Notes: generated from the sequence alone by a model not told the origin. 64,000 bases of DNA from Candidatus Woesearchaeota archaeon (GCA_016180085.1 JACPBX010000003.1:32001-96000); one strand, 5' to 3'; counted from the stretch's first letter, positions 18,843 to 30,742 are shown. A program made the numbers and translations.

Positions 18843-18890
18843 GCTTGAAGGAAAACGGTTTGGTTATTTAAAATGTCTCAGAAAAAGAAG

Positions 18891-19008
18891 TGTGAACAGC
18901 GATCCTGTTTTCCCGCACGACGTGCAGTACTGGTAGGAACGTGCGCCTGCTTAACTGTCCGAGTTCGAAATGGGATCGGGTGTACCCAGGCGGCCATGGC
19001 CGTTCACA
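18891..19008 (-). rRNA. rrf: 5S ribosomal RNA
   Basis: Minus strand GTGAACGGCCATGGC...ACACCCGATCCCATTTCGAACTCGGACAGTTAAGC...AGTACTG...GGGAAAACAGGATCGCTGTTCAC; terminal helix pairs; conserved CCCGATCCCATTTCGAAC core. Confidence 0.95.
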
Positions 19009-19029
19009 TGCCTGAGGATAAGGAGGAGG

Positions 19030-19037
19030 TTTATAAA
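19030..19037 (-). promoter_or_regulatory. TATA box of the 5S rRNA gene
   Basis: tttataaa about 22 bp upstream of the 5S 5' end. Confidence 0.6.
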
Positions 19038-19048
19038 GTTTGCTGTGA

Positions 19049-19285
19049 CTATTTGTAATGCGGCATATTCTTGTTCGGTGCCCCTTGCGCTGGTCGCTCA
19101 GCCCGTGTTTGGGGGTAGTAGCCTCTGCCGCTTCTGTATCCGCCAGTCTGTCCTGTTTGAACTTCTTGAACTGAAGTTATCACCGGAACAATCGGTGCAG
19201 GCATAAATCCGCTAGGCACCTGTGCGTCTTTGGTGAGTCTGATAAGAATTCCAACCAGGTCAGGCATAGGCATATGTTGCGGCAA
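19049..19285 (-). CDS. Small hypothetical protein
   Basis: 78-aa ORF filling the gap, with an AT-rich TATA-like stretch upstream; no motif. Confidence 0.4.
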   Translation of the reverse strand: MPQHMPMPDLVGILIRLTKDAQVPSGFMPAPIVPVITSVQEVQTGQTGGYRSGRGYYPQTRAERPAQGAPNKNMPHYK

Positions 19286-19314
19286 CTGCGCATTATTTAA
19301 AAATTTTTAGTTCT

Positions 19315-20433
19315 TCACGTTTGCGTTGTTCCGAAGCGCTCGTATGCCTGCCGTATTACCTGTTGCAGCGCTTGCTCCTGCCCTTCTTTTGTCCTTTGGC
19401 TTCTGAACATGCCGATTAAGTTATCCAGCCATAGTATGTCGCTTACTGCTTTTTCCATCATGTCTAAGCCTTTCCTTTCCAGTTGTCCTGGTTTTGTGAA
19501 CCTGAATATGCCCAGGCCACCAGGCTGTAACTGGGGATTGACCTCGTATGGCTGTTCAAACCTCCTCAGGAAAAGGTTTATGTCTTCTGGAGAACTCCTC
19601 AATTTCGCAGGTATGCCGTACCAGTCTTGCATGTGGGCAGCCTCTGTGCCGGCATGTCCGGTGCTGGCCTGCATTTCCGGTTGAGGCTGTTGTGGAGCTG
19701 TTGTGATTTGCTGTGCTTCCCGCTGCGCTTCTGTTGGCACGGCTTTCAGCCTGTCAATCAGCACCCTTACCTCTTCCCTGCTTGCCTTTCCTTCTTTCTG
19801 CAGCGAGATTGCGCCATCTATTTGCTGCAGCAGCTTGACAACATTGCGCCTCGCATTTTCATTTTGGTATAATGAGGCGTTTTTGAACAAAACCGCTGAG
19901 ACAACCCTTTTCCTTTCTTTCATGTATGTTGGCATGGCTATATCTTTAGTTGTTAGAGAGTAATCCCGTGTGGCAGCGGCAACCGCTTCTTCAAGGTCAG
20001 CAGGATTTCGGGCAGGAGTTGGCAAAAGTTCATACTGCACTATTTTCTTTTGCCCTATGTGGGCTCCCGTCACTCCTATGCTGAATTCTATAAGATGCTG
20101 GAGGCAGGGCTCCAGTGTTTCCCTGAATAGCTGGGCAATGCTTGGCGGAATCGCTGCCGGGTTCGGCAGTGTTGCTCCTTTCAGATTTTCTGCTTCCGGG
20201 CCATAGTACGTGTGCTGGCTGAAGCTTCCGCTTGAGTGCTCCAAATGGCAGACCTGGATTAGCTCTTCAGGCGTTCTTCCCCCAAGCATGGGCTTTAATA
20301 GAGCCCGGATTCTCTCTTCCTTGGCTTTGGCATTTTTCTCCCCTCTTGTTTCTTCCTCTATCTGCCTTATTTTTGCAGCAAGGTCTTCGTTAGGTGAGGG
20401 CTGCCTGCTGTTTTGCTCCTGTTGTTGCGCCAT
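19315..20433 (-). CDS. Hypothetical protein (Gln-rich, helical)
   Basis: 372-aa ORF; AT-rich promoter-like region upstream; no recognisable family. Confidence 0.75.
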   Translation of the reverse strand: MAQQQEQNSRQPSPNEDLAAKIRQIEEETRGEKNAKAKEERIRALLKPMLGGRTPEELIQVCHLEHSSGSFSQHTYYGPEAENLKGATLPNPAAIPPSIAQLFRETLEPCLQHLIEFSIGVTGAHIGQKKIVQYELLPTPARNPADLEEAVAAATRDYSLTTKDIAMPTYMKERKRVVSAVLFKNASLYQNENARRNVVKLLQQIDGAISLQKEGKASREEVRVLIDRLKAVPTEAQREAQQITTAPQQPQPEMQASTGHAGTEAAHMQDWYGIPAKLRSSPEDINLFLRRFEQPYEVNPQLQPGGLGIFRFTKPGQLERKGLDMMEKAVSDILWLDNLIGMFRSQRTKEGQEQALQQVIRQAYERFGTTQT

Positions 20434-20496
20434 CGCTGCCTTTTGGGCTGTCAGAATTTAAAAACCTTTCTATTTTAATAACTAGAAAGTAGTTAA

Positions 20497-21297
20497 TTAT
20501 TTGATGGCTTTGGCATCGGCAGCCGTGTGTATGTGCTGCTCCTTCTCAGCAGAGGTATGGCCGAAGAGAAGCCCCTGCTCTGCCAGCTTCGGGAACACAT
20601 CATACTCAAGGCTGCTGCCGCTTATGTTGAAAATCTCGGGGGTTGCAATAAAGATTGGCGAAAAAACAAGGTAAACGTCAGTCTTGCGAGGCTTTTGTAT
20701 GAACTCAAGTATGCGGTTGCCTTCCACTTTTACTGTTCCTTTCTCGCTCGGGTTTGGTGCTGTTGTCAGCATCAGCGTTGCGACCGCTGTTCCCTGCCTG
20801 AGGTGCTGGTTCCAGAGCTCCTGCACATTTACCCTGTCGAATATCACATGGCCATAGACAACTAGGAAGTTCGCATTGATCTTCCCCTTCAGCAGCCGCA
20901 GGGTGTCTGCGCTTCCGTTGCTTTCTTTTTCTTCTATGTAGCTGACCTTGACGTTTTGGCTGCTTCCGTCTTTAAGCACGTCAAAGACCATGGTCAGGAC
21001 ATTGTGCCTTGCTACGATAAATATGTCCCTGAAGCCGTTTTCCCTAAGCTTTTTTACCGCCTTCTCGATGACGGTTGCGTTTTTAATCCTGGCTGTAATC
21101 CTGTATTCTGTGCCGGAAATCTTCAGCCTCTCTTCAGGGCCTCCGGCAAGTATTGCCGCCTGCTTGTGTTCCCCCATTGCAGTCTTTGCCAGGAACTCGA
21201 TTGCCTGCGACCTGTTCCTTATGAATATGTTGTCCACGACCGAGTCTACGCCTTTGAGGATGCTGTCCTCTATCGTGATGCTTATCTTCCGTTTCAT
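20497..21297 (-). CDS. Ribbon-helix-helix (CopG/MetJ-like) domain fused to a degenerate sugar-nucleotidyltransferase fold
   Basis: MKRKISITIEDSILKGVDSVV...NRSQAIEFL (RHH) followed by AAILAGGPEERL, YIEEKESNGSADTL, FLVVYGHVIFD, EFIQKP. Confidence 0.85.
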   Translation of the reverse strand: MKRKISITIEDSILKGVDSVVDNIFIRNRSQAIEFLAKTAMGEHKQAAILAGGPEERLKISGTEYRITARIKNATVIEKAVKKLRENGFRDIFIVARHNVLTMVFDVLKDGSSQNVKVSYIEEKESNGSADTLRLLKGKINANFLVVYGHVIFDRVNVQELWNQHLRQGTAVATLMLTTAPNPSEKGTVKVEGNRILEFIQKPRKTDVYLVFSPIFIATPEIFNISGSSLEYDVFPKLAEQGLLFGHTSAEKEQHIHTAADAKAIK

Positions 21298-21321
21298 CCC
21301 TGGCCGCTTGTGGGACCATAG

Positions 21322-21369
21322 TATATAAATGTATCGGATAAGGTAGGATAATGGTAAGATATTTATATG
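21322..21369. promoter_or_regulatory. Divergent promoter pair (RHH-NTase / ugd) with intervening short direct repeats
   Basis: tatataaa at 21322-21329 (minus TATA) and tttatatg at 21362-21369 (plus TATA) flank ggataaggta-ggataatggta-agata. Confidence 0.6.
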
Positions 21370-21391
21370 GCTGGGTTGAATTGGCTTTCTT

Positions 21392-22693
21392 ATGAAAATT
21401 GCGGTTGTGGGATGCGGTTACGTCGGTTTAGTTACGGGCGCCTGCCTGGCTAATCTTGGCAACGACGTCATATGCGTTGACATTAACGATGAGAAGATCT
21501 CCAATTTGAGGAAAGGCATTATTCCGTTTTTTGAGCCTGGCATTCGCGACCTTGTTGAGATGAACCTTGCCCAGAAGAGGCTTATGTTTACTACTGATTC
21601 TGAGCTCGCCATAAAGAACTCTGACGTTATCTTCATTGCCGTCGGCACTCCTTCGGACAAGGACGGCAAGGCTGACCTTTCCGCAGTTTTTGGGGCTGCA
21701 GAGCACATTGCGCGCTACATGGACTCGTATAAGGTCGTTATCGTGAAGAGCACTGTTCCTGTTGGCACTGGCCATAACCTTAGGGAGTTTATCAGGCAGA
21801 AGCAGAAGAAGCCGGTAGAGTTTGATGTTGCGTCCAATCCTGAGTTCCTGAGAGAGGGTGAGGCTGTCAATGACTTTATGATTCCCGACAGGGTTGTGGT
21901 TGGCATTGACAATGGCAAGGCGAAGGAGGTTGTGCTTTCAATCTACAAGCCGATTGAAAGGACCGGCAAGCCCATACTTGTTACTGACGTGAAGAGCTCT
22001 GAGCTCATCAAATACGCCAGCAATGCAATGCTGGCAGCGAGGATTTCTTTCATGAACGAGCTCTCGCACCTTTGCGAGGCGGTTGGTGCTGATGTTAAGG
22101 TAATAGCAAAGGGCATCGGCCTTGACAGCAGGATTGGCCCAAGGTTTCTGCAGGCAGGCATCGGTTATGGCGGAAGCTGTTTTCCAAAGGATGTTCGCGC
22201 CTTGATTCACATGCTGAAGGAGTCAGGCTGCAGTTCAAGGCTTCTGGAGTCTGTTGACGCTGTTAATGAAACCCAAAAGCTTTCCATCATTCCGAAAATC
22301 AGGAAGCTCGTTCCTGACATGAAAGGCAAGAAAGTGACAGTCTGGGGCCTTTCGTTCAAGCCCAAGACCGATGACATGAGGGATGCCCCGTCTGTTGTCA
22401 TAATAAATGAGCTTCAGAAACTTGGAGCTGTTGTCTCGGCCTTTGACCCGGTTTCCGAGAGGAACGCCAGGTGCATTCTTGGGAATGTGCATTATGCAGA
22501 CACGCCCTTTGGCGCGCTTGAAGGCTCTCATTGCCTGGTAATAGTCACAGAGTGGGACCTGTTCAGGGAGCTTGACAAGAACAGGATGAAGCTGCTCATG
22601 GCCGAGCCTAACATCGTTGACGGCCGCAACATCTACGAGCCGGGGGAGATGCTAAGTTTGGGTTTCAACTACGTTGGTGTCGGGAGAGGCTGA
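21392..22693 (+). CDS. ugd: UDP-glucose 6-dehydrogenase
   Basis: GCGYVGL, IIPFFEPG, KSTVPVGT, SNPEFLREG, ELIKYASNAMLA, GYGGSCFPKD, GLSFKPKTDDMRDAP. Confidence 0.97.
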   Translation: MKIAVVGCGYVGLVTGACLANLGNDVICVDINDEKISNLRKGIIPFFEPGIRDLVEMNLAQKRLMFTTDSELAIKNSDVIFIAVGTPSDKDGKADLSAVFGAAEHIARYMDSYKVVIVKSTVPVGTGHNLREFIRQKQKKPVEFDVASNPEFLREGEAVNDFMIPDRVVVGIDNGKAKEVVLSIYKPIERTGKPILVTDVKSSELIKYASNAMLAARISFMNELSHLCEAVGADVKVIAKGIGLDSRIGPRFLQAGIGYGGSCFPKDVRALIHMLKESGCSSRLLESVDAVNETQKLSIIPKIRKLVPDMKGKKVTVWGLSFKPKTDDMRDAPSVVIINELQKLGAVVSAFDPVSERNARCILGNVHYADTPFGALEGSHCLVIVTEWDLFRELDKNRMKLLMAEPNIVDGRNIYEPGEMLSLGFNYVGVGRG

Positions 22694-22696
22694 CGC

Positions 22697-23440
22697 ATGA
22701 AAGCCATTATCACAGCTGCCGGCTACGCCTCAAGGCTTTGGCCGCTGACCAAGGATATTCCAAAGCCCCTTATAGAGGTCAAGGGCAAGCCTATAGTTGA
22801 GCACATCCTTAACAGGATTTCTGAGATTCCAGATGTCAACGAGGTTTTTATTGTCACGAATGCGAAGTTTTACCCGTTGTTTGAGGACTGGCTGCTGGAG
22901 GCGAGGGCGGCTGCCGGTGTGCCTGTGAAGCTGGTAAATGACGGCACAACTTCAAATGACGACCGCCTGGGCCAGGTTGGTGACATTCACCTGGTCATGG
23001 AACGTGAAAAAATCACCGATGGCCTTCTTGTTGTTGCCGGTGACAACCTGTTCAACTTCTCCCTTCTGCCTGCTTACAATGCTTTTTTGCGGCAGCAGGG
23101 CATCCTGAATCCGCTGTATGAGTCAAAGTCCTACAGGGCAGCTCGCGAGTCAGGAAGCGTTGTCATTGATGATGAAACTGGCGAGTTTCTTGAGTTTATG
23201 GAGAAGTCTCCAACCCCAAAGTCAACACTGATCTCTTTGGGGATTTATTTTTTCCCAAAGTCAAAGCTGCAGCTGATAAAAAAATATGTTGAGGAAAAGA
23301 ACAACCCTGATAAGATGGGCTTTTTCCTCATGTGGCTTATGCAGCATGAGAAGATCCTTGGACATGTTTACACCGAGAAATGGTTTGACATTGGCTGGAT
23401 TGAGGCTCTGGAGACTGCCAGAAAGGAATTTGAGCCCTGA
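22697..23440 (+). CDS. Sugar-phosphate nucleotidyltransferase
   Basis: AIITAAGYASRLWPLTKDIPKPL, VVAGDNLF, FMEKS, WFDIG. Confidence 0.92.
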   Translation: MKAIITAAGYASRLWPLTKDIPKPLIEVKGKPIVEHILNRISEIPDVNEVFIVTNAKFYPLFEDWLLEARAAAGVPVKLVNDGTTSNDDRLGQVGDIHLVMEREKITDGLLVVAGDNLFNFSLLPAYNAFLRQQGILNPLYESKSYRAARESGSVVIDDETGEFLEFMEKSPTPKSTLISLGIYFFPKSKLQLIKKYVEEKNNPDKMGFFLMWLMQHEKILGHVYTEKWFDIGWIEALETARKEFEP

Positions 23441-23463
23441 TTTAAAATAGCAAATAAACTAAA

Positions 23464-24396
23464 ATGAAAAAAACAGTTGTTGTTACCGGGGGAGCTGGCT
23501 TTATAGGCAGCCATTTGTGCAGGTTCCTTCTAAGCAAGGGCTTCAGGGTTGTCTGCGTTGACAATTTTCTCACAGGCAGCAGCGTCAACATAAGGGATTT
23601 GATGGGCAACAGCGATTTTGTTTTTATGAATCATGACGTGACAAAGCCGCTTGAAATCCCGGGGCATGTTCATTTTGTCCTTCATTTTGCAAGCGCAGCC
23701 TCTCCTGTTGATTACATGCGCTTTCCGATTCAGACGCTCAAGGTAGGGAGCCTTGGAACACATAACCTGCTTGGGCTTGCCAAGGCAAAAAAGGCTGTTT
23801 TTATGCTGGCTTCCACTTCAGAGGTTTACGGCGACCCCCTGGTTCATCCGCAGCCTGAAACTTATTGGGGCAATGTCAACCCTATTGGGCCTCGTGGCGT
23901 GTATGATGAGGCAAAGAGGTTTTCCGAGGCGTTGACAATGGCTTACCACCGCTTTCACAGGATGGACACGAAAATAGCCAGGATTTTCAACACTTACGGC
24001 CCTTGCATGAGAAAGGATGATGGCCGGGTTGTGCCAAACTTTGTCACGCAAGCGCTTTCTGGCAAGCCTCTTACTGTTCACGGCGATGGCTCCCAAACCC
24101 GCAGTTTTTGTTACATAACAGATATGGTTGAAGGAATTTACAGGCTGATGCTGTCAGGTGTTAATGACCCTGTCAACCTTGGGAACCCTGAGGAGTTCAC
24201 TGTTATGGATTTTGCAAAGAAAATACTGGAGCTTACAGGCAGCCGCGGCAAAATTGCATTCAAGCCTCTGCCGGTTGACGACCCCAAAACGAGGTGCCCT
24301 GGCATTTCAAAGGCAAGGAAGCTTCTTAAGTGGGAGCCAAAAGTAAGTGTTGGCGAAGGCCTGAAAAAGACGATTGAGTGGTTTAGGAAGAACTAA
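23464..24396 (+). CDS. UDP-glucuronate decarboxylase-like extended SDR
   Basis: [65 protein letters not shown]. Confidence 0.93.
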   Translation: MKKTVVVTGGAGFIGSHLCRFLLSKGFRVVCVDNFLTGSSVNIRDLMGNSDFVFMNHDVTKPLEIPGHVHFVLHFASAASPVDYMRFPIQTLKVGSLGTHNLLGLAKAKKAVFMLASTSEVYGDPLVHPQPETYWGNVNPIGPRGVYDEAKRFSEALTMAYHRFHRMDTKIARIFNTYGPCMRKDDGRVVPNFVTQALSGKPLTVHGDGSQTRSFCYITDMVEGIYRLMLSGVNDPVNLGNPEEFTVMDFAKKILELTGSRGKIAFKPLPVDDPKTRCPGISKARKLLKWEPKVSVGEGLKKTIEWFRKN

Positions 24397-24667
24397 TGGA
24401 AAAAGAAGAATGCGGGTTCACAGAACCCGGTTAACTCAGCTCCACTCTCACTATGTGATGCAATAAGCTAACTTCTATTTAATCCTTTCGGTATGTTCTG
24501 CTTCACTGCGAATATTTCTTTCGGCAAAACCGAAAAACTTGCAAAATTTACCTAAATTTTTGAAAGACTTCCGAGAATTTTGAAAACAATTCGTAATAGT
24601 CCAGAAATTTTATGGAATTTAAGGGAATAAGCTTATGAATTTCTTAATCCTAGTCTGTTGCGGGACT

Positions 24668-26809
<2,142 letters not shown>

Positions 26810-26835
26810 ATAGCCCTTCTTTCTTTTCGCTGCTG

Positions 26836-27756
26836 ATGAAAGCGCTTATTACCGGTGTCAGCGGCTTTGTCGGCTCTCACCTTGTGAAACACCTCGTTGT
26901 GAATGGTTTTGTGGTTTTCGGGATTGACAGGGCAGGTTCTGTGATTGATGGCTGCGTTGTTGAGCCTTGTGATGTGACGGATTACGATGCTGTTTTTGCC
27001 GTTGTCAGTCGCGTAAAGCCGGATTTTATCTTTCACCTTGCTGGCCAGAGCTCTGTGTCGAGGAGCTGGAAAGAGCCTGAGCTTACAAGGAAGGTCAATG
27101 TTGGCGGGACCAAAAACTTTTTGGATGCGGTTGCGGCTGCGAACATCAGTCCTACGGTTCTTGTTGTTTCATCTGCTGAGGTCTACGGCATTGCAAAGAA
27201 ATTCCCTATCAATGAGTCTGAACCGCTGAAGCCGGTCAGCCCCTACGGCGAGTCCAGGGTTGAGCAGGAGAAGGTTGCGCTTGAGTATTTTCAGAAGGGA
27301 ATGCGGGTGATAATTGCGAGGAGCTTTAACCATACAGGTCCTGGCCAGCCTTCCGGGCTTGTGTGCTCAAGCTTTGCAAGGCAGCTTGCAGACATTGGGA
27401 AGGGGAGGCAGCCTGCTGTTGTAAGGGTTGGTGACCTTAAGGTGGTTAGGGATTTTACTGATGTGAGGGATGTTGTCAATGCTTATCTATTGCTGCTTCA
27501 GAAAGGCAGGCCTGGCGAGGTTTACAACGTCTGCAGCGGCAGGGCTTGCACGATTGGCGAGGTCCTTGACAGGCTTGTCAGGCTAAGCGGCCTGAAGGTC
27601 GCTTTTGAGCAGGAGGCTTCAAGGCTCAGGGAGCAGGCTGTGCCTGTTCTTCATGGCGATAACTCAAAGCTTGTCGCAGCAACAGGCTGGGAGCCAGTGA
27701 TAGGCCTTGATGAAACGCTTTCAGACCTTCTGAACTATTGGAGGAATGCAAGGTGA
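26836..27756 (+). CDS. rmd: GDP-4-keto-6-deoxy-D-mannose reductase-like SDR (Rmd type)
   Basis: ALITGVSGFVGSHL, FHLAGQSSV, SSAEVYG, ARSFNHTGPGQ, VVRDFTDVRDVVNAY; adjacent to gmd. Confidence 0.8.
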   Translation: MKALITGVSGFVGSHLVKHLVVNGFVVFGIDRAGSVIDGCVVEPCDVTDYDAVFAVVSRVKPDFIFHLAGQSSVSRSWKEPELTRKVNVGGTKNFLDAVAAANISPTVLVVSSAEVYGIAKKFPINESEPLKPVSPYGESRVEQEKVALEYFQKGMRVIIARSFNHTGPGQPSGLVCSSFARQLADIGKGRQPAVVRVGDLKVVRDFTDVRDVVNAYLLLLQKGRPGEVYNVCSGRACTIGEVLDRLVRLSGLKVAFEQEASRLREQAVPVLHGDNSKLVAATGWEPVIGLDETLSDLLNYWRNAR

Positions 27757-27761
27757 AGGCG

Positions 27762-29006
27762 ATGAGGGTGCTTGTTTTTGGCAGCAGCGCTTTTCCCCGC
27801 TGGAAGAACGATGCTATTCCTGGTTTTGTTTACAGCCTTTCAAAGCGGCTGTGCGGCAAGGGCATTGGTGTTTCTGTCCTTGTGCCCCACCATCCGGGCT
27901 CAAAAACACGTGAAACAGTTGATGGGATGAGAGTTTACCGTTTCCGTTATTTCTTTCCAAGCGGCCTTGAGCGCCTCTGCTACGGTGGCGGTATCCTGCC
28001 TAATATGAAAAAAAGCATCCTTGCAAGGCTGCAGCTTCCGTTTCTTGTGGCTTCGGAATTCCTCTCGTTGTGGAAGATTGCAAGGAAGGAAAAGCCTGGC
28101 CTGATTCATGCCCACTGGATTCTCCCGCAGGGCTTTGTTGCTGCCATAATCGGAAAACTCCTCAGAATCCCTGTTGTCGTAACAGCCCATGCCGGTGACG
28201 TTTTTCCCCTTCGCAGCCTTTTATTTAGCGTCCTGTCTAAATTTGCCATCGGCTCTGCAGCTGCTGTGACTGTTAACAGCAACTTTACCATGGCTGCTGT
28301 AGCAAAAATATCCAAGTCAAAGGAAATAAGCGTGATTCCAATGGGCGTTGACCTTAAGCTGTTCTCTTCAGCATCGGCTTCCGCAGCAGCTTCGGTAAGG
28401 AAAAGGTTTGGTATCAGCAGCAAGAATGGCAAAATGCTGCTGTTCGTTGGCAGGTTGGCTGAGAAGAAAGGTGTCACTTACCTGATAGCAGCAATGAGGA
28501 AAATTATCGGGAGCCATCCAGACTGCAAGCTTGTTATTGTTGGTGAAGGGCCTGAGAAGGGTGCATTAGTCCGGCAGTCACAGCAGTCTGGATTGTTTGG
28601 CAGCATCGTCTTTGCAGGCAGTGTCCCAAACGCAGCGCTTCCGTCATTTTACAGGGCAGCAGACGTTTTTGTGCTTCCATCAATCATCGACAGTAAGGGT
28701 GACACAGAAGGCCTGGGCGTTGTCCTTCTTGAGGCAATTGCTGCAGGAACTCCGGCAATAGCCAGCAACGTTGGCGGCATACCTGACATAGTCATCCACA
28801 ACAAAACCGGGTTGCTGGTTGAGCAGAAGAGCCCTGAGCAGCTGGCAGCAGCAGTAAAATTGCTGCTGGCAAGCCCGCAGCTCAGAAAAAAACTGGCTGC
28901 AACAGCAAAATCCCATGTTGCGAAGGACTTTTCGTGGGAAATGGTTTCTGGCAAGTTCTACTCCCTGTGCGAAGCGGTTATTTCAGGAAAGACCAAAACC
29001 TTTTAA
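27762..29006 (+). CDS. Glycosyltransferase family 4
   Basis: HAHWILPQG, LFVGRLAEKKG, DVFVLPS...EGLGVVLLEAIAAG. Confidence 0.93.
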   Translation: MRVLVFGSSAFPRWKNDAIPGFVYSLSKRLCGKGIGVSVLVPHHPGSKTRETVDGMRVYRFRYFFPSGLERLCYGGGILPNMKKSILARLQLPFLVASEFLSLWKIARKEKPGLIHAHWILPQGFVAAIIGKLLRIPVVVTAHAGDVFPLRSLLFSVLSKFAIGSAAAVTVNSNFTMAAVAKISKSKEISVIPMGVDLKLFSSASASAAASVRKRFGISSKNGKMLLFVGRLAEKKGVTYLIAAMRKIIGSHPDCKLVIVGEGPEKGALVRQSQQSGLFGSIVFAGSVPNAALPSFYRAADVFVLPSIIDSKGDTEGLGVVLLEAIAAGTPAIASNVGGIPDIVIHNKTGLLVEQKSPEQLAAAVKLLLASPQLRKKLAATAKSHVAKDFSWEMVSGKFYSLCEAVISGKTKTF

Positions 29007-29040
29007 TAAGTTGGCTTAATCTTCTGTGACTGAAACAAGA

Positions 29041-30009
29041 ATGAAAGTTTTGGTTACCGGGGGAGCCGGGTTCATCGGCAGCAATTTCATCAGGCACCTG
29101 CTTAATAGCCGCAGCGATGTTGAGGTTGTGAATTTTGACAAGCTGACTTATGCTGGCAACCTCAACAGCTTAAAAGATATTTCAAACAGCCGCAGCCTTG
29201 GCAGCCGCTACAGATTCGTCAGGGGAGATATTTGCGATGCTTCTGCTGTTGAGAAAGCAATGAGGGGCTGCGATGCTGTTGTTAACTTTGCTGCCGAGAG
29301 CCATGTTGATAGGTCGATAAGCGATGCCCAGCCGTTCATCCGCACAAACTACGTTGGCACTTATGTCCTTTTGGAAGTTGCCAGGAAGCTGGCAATCAGG
29401 CGCTTTATCCAGATTGGCACTGATGAGTCCTACGGCAGCCGCCTGAAGGGCTTTTTCACTGAGAAGGACAGGCTTTCCCCCTCCAGCCCTTACTCTGCCA
29501 GCAAGGCTGCTGCAGACGTGCTTGCGCTTTCTTATTTTACCACCCACAATCTGCCGGTTATAGTTGTGAGGAGCTCCAATAACTTCGGGCCTTTCCAGTA
29601 TCCTGAAAAGCTAATCCCGCTTTTCATCACCAATGCGCTCGAGAACAAGCCCCTGCCGGTTTACGGGGACGGCCTTTACAGGCGCGACTGGCTTTTTGTT
29701 GAGGACAACTGCGAGGCAATTGCCCTGGTTATGGGGAAGGGAAAGCCTGGTGAGATTTACAATATTGGCGGAGGCAATGAAAAGGCCAACCTTGATGTGA
29801 CTAATGCTGTTCTTGCGCTGCTGGGCAAGCCTAAGTCGCTCATAAGCCATGTTGCCGACAGGCCCGGCCATGACCGTAGGTATGCTGTTAACGCAGCAAA
29901 GATTAAAAAGCTTGGCTGGAAGCCCAAACACAGGTTTGGGGATGCGCTTAGGGCAACTGTTGAATGGTATAAGGATAATGAATGGTGGTGGGGGCCGTTA
30001 AGAAAATGA
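29041..30009 (+). CDS. rfbB: dTDP-glucose 4,6-dehydratase
   Basis: [68 protein letters not shown]. Confidence 0.96.
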   Translation: MKVLVTGGAGFIGSNFIRHLLNSRSDVEVVNFDKLTYAGNLNSLKDISNSRSLGSRYRFVRGDICDASAVEKAMRGCDAVVNFAAESHVDRSISDAQPFIRTNYVGTYVLLEVARKLAIRRFIQIGTDESYGSRLKGFFTEKDRLSPSSPYSASKAAADVLALSYFTTHNLPVIVVRSSNNFGPFQYPEKLIPLFITNALENKPLPVYGDGLYRRDWLFVEDNCEAIALVMGKGKPGEIYNIGGGNEKANLDVTNAVLALLGKPKSLISHVADRPGHDRRYAVNAAKIKKLGWKPKHRFGDALRATVEWYKDNEWWWGPLRK

Positions 30010-30734
30010 AAGGCGTGATTCTTGCAGGGGGTAAGGGAACGAGGATGATGCCTCTGACCAAGGTTACCAATAAGCACCTTTTGCCTATTTATAATGAACC
30101 CATGATTTATTACCCAATTAAGACATTGGCTGCTGCCGGGATTAAGGATATCCTGATAGTTGTTGGTGGTGAGAGCATGGGTGAATTTCTCAGGCTGCTT
30201 GGCAGCGGCAGGGAGTTTGGCGTTAACCTTACGTACAGGTGCCAGGAGGGTGCAGGCGGCATTCCTGCTGCACTTGCCCTTGCCAAGGAGTTTGCTGACA
30301 ACGACAGGGTAATGGTTGTTTTGGGCGATAATGTCATGGATGAGAGCTTGAAGGAGGAAGCCCATAAGTTTGAAAGCGGCAACAGTGGCTGCCATATCTT
30401 TCTGAAGGAAGTCCATGACCCTCAGCGCTATGGCGTTGTTGAGCTTGATGGCGGAAAGGTTGTTGCGATACATGAGAAGCCGGAAAAGCCTCCGACAAAC
30501 CTTTGCGTTACAGGCGTTTACATGTTTGACAGCGCTGTTTTTGGCATAATCCCGGACATGAAGCCTTCAAGGCGAGGCGAGCTGGAAATAGTTGATGTGC
30601 TTAACCACTATCTCAAGGAGGGCAGGCTTTCCTGGAGCAGGCTCAAGGGCTACTGGACTGACGCTGGAACGTTTGAGGCGTGGTTTGAGGCTAACGCCAT
30701 AGTTCGGGAAAATAGCATCAAGGGCGGGAAATAA
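30006..30734 (+). CDS. rfbA: Glucose-1-phosphate thymidylyltransferase (short form)
   Basis: LAGGKGTRMMPLT, KHLLPIY, VLGDN, PQRYGV, HEKP, PSRRGELEI, WTDAGT. Confidence 0.9.
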   Translation: MKGVILAGGKGTRMMPLTKVTNKHLLPIYNEPMIYYPIKTLAAAGIKDILIVVGGESMGEFLRLLGSGREFGVNLTYRCQEGAGGIPAALALAKEFADNDRVMVVLGDNVMDESLKEEAHKFESGNSGCHIFLKEVHDPQRYGVVELDGGKVVAIHEKPEKPPTNLCVTGVYMFDSAVFGIIPDMKPSRRGELEIVDVLNHYLKEGRLSWSRLKGYWTDAGTFEAWFEANAIVRENSIKGGK

Positions 30735-30742
30735 TAGGAATG

